Part shown: in pieces, positions 63,322 to 64,000 of the stretch
Numbering within the stretch: the stretch's first letter is position 1
Layout: each line of letters begins with the position of its first letter
IMG/VR virus record: IMGVR_UViG_3300032579_000531
Location: 14,033 to 78,032 of that record
Length of the DNA stretch: 64,000 nt
Source: a virus
Direction: 5' to 3' (one strand)
The notes under the pieces: model-generated
Told to the model about the DNA's origin: nothing
The model's input: the letters and a program-made list of their open reading frames with translations, nothing else
Database searches by the model: none
Program-made: the position numbers and the translations under genes

Positions 63322-63999
63322 CTACTTATTCTGTGATAAGTACGTAGTTAACGGTATATTTTGAAGTTGAGCTTGAGCCAATGCACGAGCAGGATTTGGA
63401 TCGTTGTCTAACGTAATTCCCCTCGCGGCAAATAAACTGTTGTTGATTGACTCAGCAGTGGCCGATTTGATAGTGTCGCCGTAGACATCACTGGTGACTA
63501 AATTACCAAAAAATTGATAAGTTTGAAACTGGGTAGCGTCAGAAGATAGTGCACCAATTCGTTGTGCAAAGTTTTCTAACATCTGTGCTGTGCCAGACCC
63601 AAAGGTTACTCCAGCATCAGTTAAGTTTGTAATTTCGTTGGTGATTTTATTTAATATTTTGTAGTAAGCTGTCTGCCCCGAAGTCAGTGCAGTTGATGAC
63701 AATGCAGTCAATGTTGAATTAATTGCTGTCACGGCATTTTGTACTGGAGTAATATTAGCGTTTCCGATATAGCCAGTAACTGCTGCATTAAGTGTAGTTA
63801 CGTTGGCCAATAATGTTCCTTCGGCTGCAACGTAATTGGTATTTAATGTTGTAAATAAACTGGTGTAAGGTATGCCAGTTGCGGCTCCCAGGTAGTCGCA
63901 CATTACAGGATTACCAAACGGTCCTGTTCCTGTTCCTGTTATTGAATTTAATGTAGAAATTGTATTACTTGATAGTACTGTGGCATTTGCATTTGCAGT
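63322..63999 (-). CDS. probable structural protein, 3' part (runs off right edge)
   Basis: Frame stays open upstream of 63903 to the window end; A/T/N-rich. Confidence 0.7.
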   Translation of the reverse strand, partial: TANANATVLSSNTISTLNSITGTGTGPFGNPVMCDYLGAATGIPYTSLFTTLNTNYVAAEGTLLANVTTLNAAVTGYIGNANITPVQNAVTAINSTLTALSSTALTSGQTAYYKILNKITNEITNLTDAGVTFGSGTAQMLENFAQRIGALSSDATQFQTYQFFGNLVTSDVYGDTIKSATAESINNSLFAARGITLDNDPNPARALAQAQLQNIPLTTYLSQNK

Positions 64000-64000
64000 A

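Noticed and set aside
1-64000. Alternative genetic code or stop-codon recoding
   Set aside because: Known genes are full length in code 11, and TAA, TAG and TGA are all used as stops at coupled junctions.
1-64000. Bacterial chromosome or prophage origin
   Set aside because: Host-like genes are isolated among phage ORFs with TAAATA late promoters; there are no housekeeping operons or integrase.

Overview
This window is a 64-kb segment of a large (jumbo/huge) T4-like tailed phage, AT-rich, standard genetic code, mostly on the minus strand. The host is most likely a betaproteobacterium. Evidence for this: bS21 ends in LPKKLY, the phage carries Bug/TctC binding proteins, its ssrA tag is ANDSVYALAA, and there is a phasin-like gene with a PhaR-like box. 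Two transcription signals are visible: repeated sigma70-type early promoters (TTGACC-17-TATAAT type) in front of clusters of small ORFs, and TAAATA late promoters often only 4-7 nt before an ATG. Recognisable genes: ATP-dependent DNA ligase, circularly permuted two-piece tmRNA, bS21, Hsp20, ClpS, ClpP, UvsE, a secreted nuclease, a radical SAM protein, two SleB-like hydrolases, two free-standing GIY-YIG endonucleases, a sugar/amidino modification cluster, a curli-like locus (csgF-csgG-curlin-FecR-curlin-CHASE2 cyclase), a long coiled-coil fibre followed by a pro-domain-less S53 protease, and a cluster of probable capsid-injected proteins. The most unusual signals: (i) an array of short paralogous genes built from constant DNA blocks and hypervariable segments, with unrelated genes inserted at the junction repeat; (ii) a shared PhaR-like operator/late-promoter element before the phasin-like and DUF3563-like/GNAT genes; (iii) a split Bug gene with a synonymously diverged internal duplication, in an MTase/PP-loop operon next to the tmRNA; (iv) systematic leaderless late mRNAs, including bS21; (v) an unannotated ArfA-like ORF. 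No CRISPR array, tRNA or rRNA was seen. All family calls come from motif recognition by eye, not database searches.
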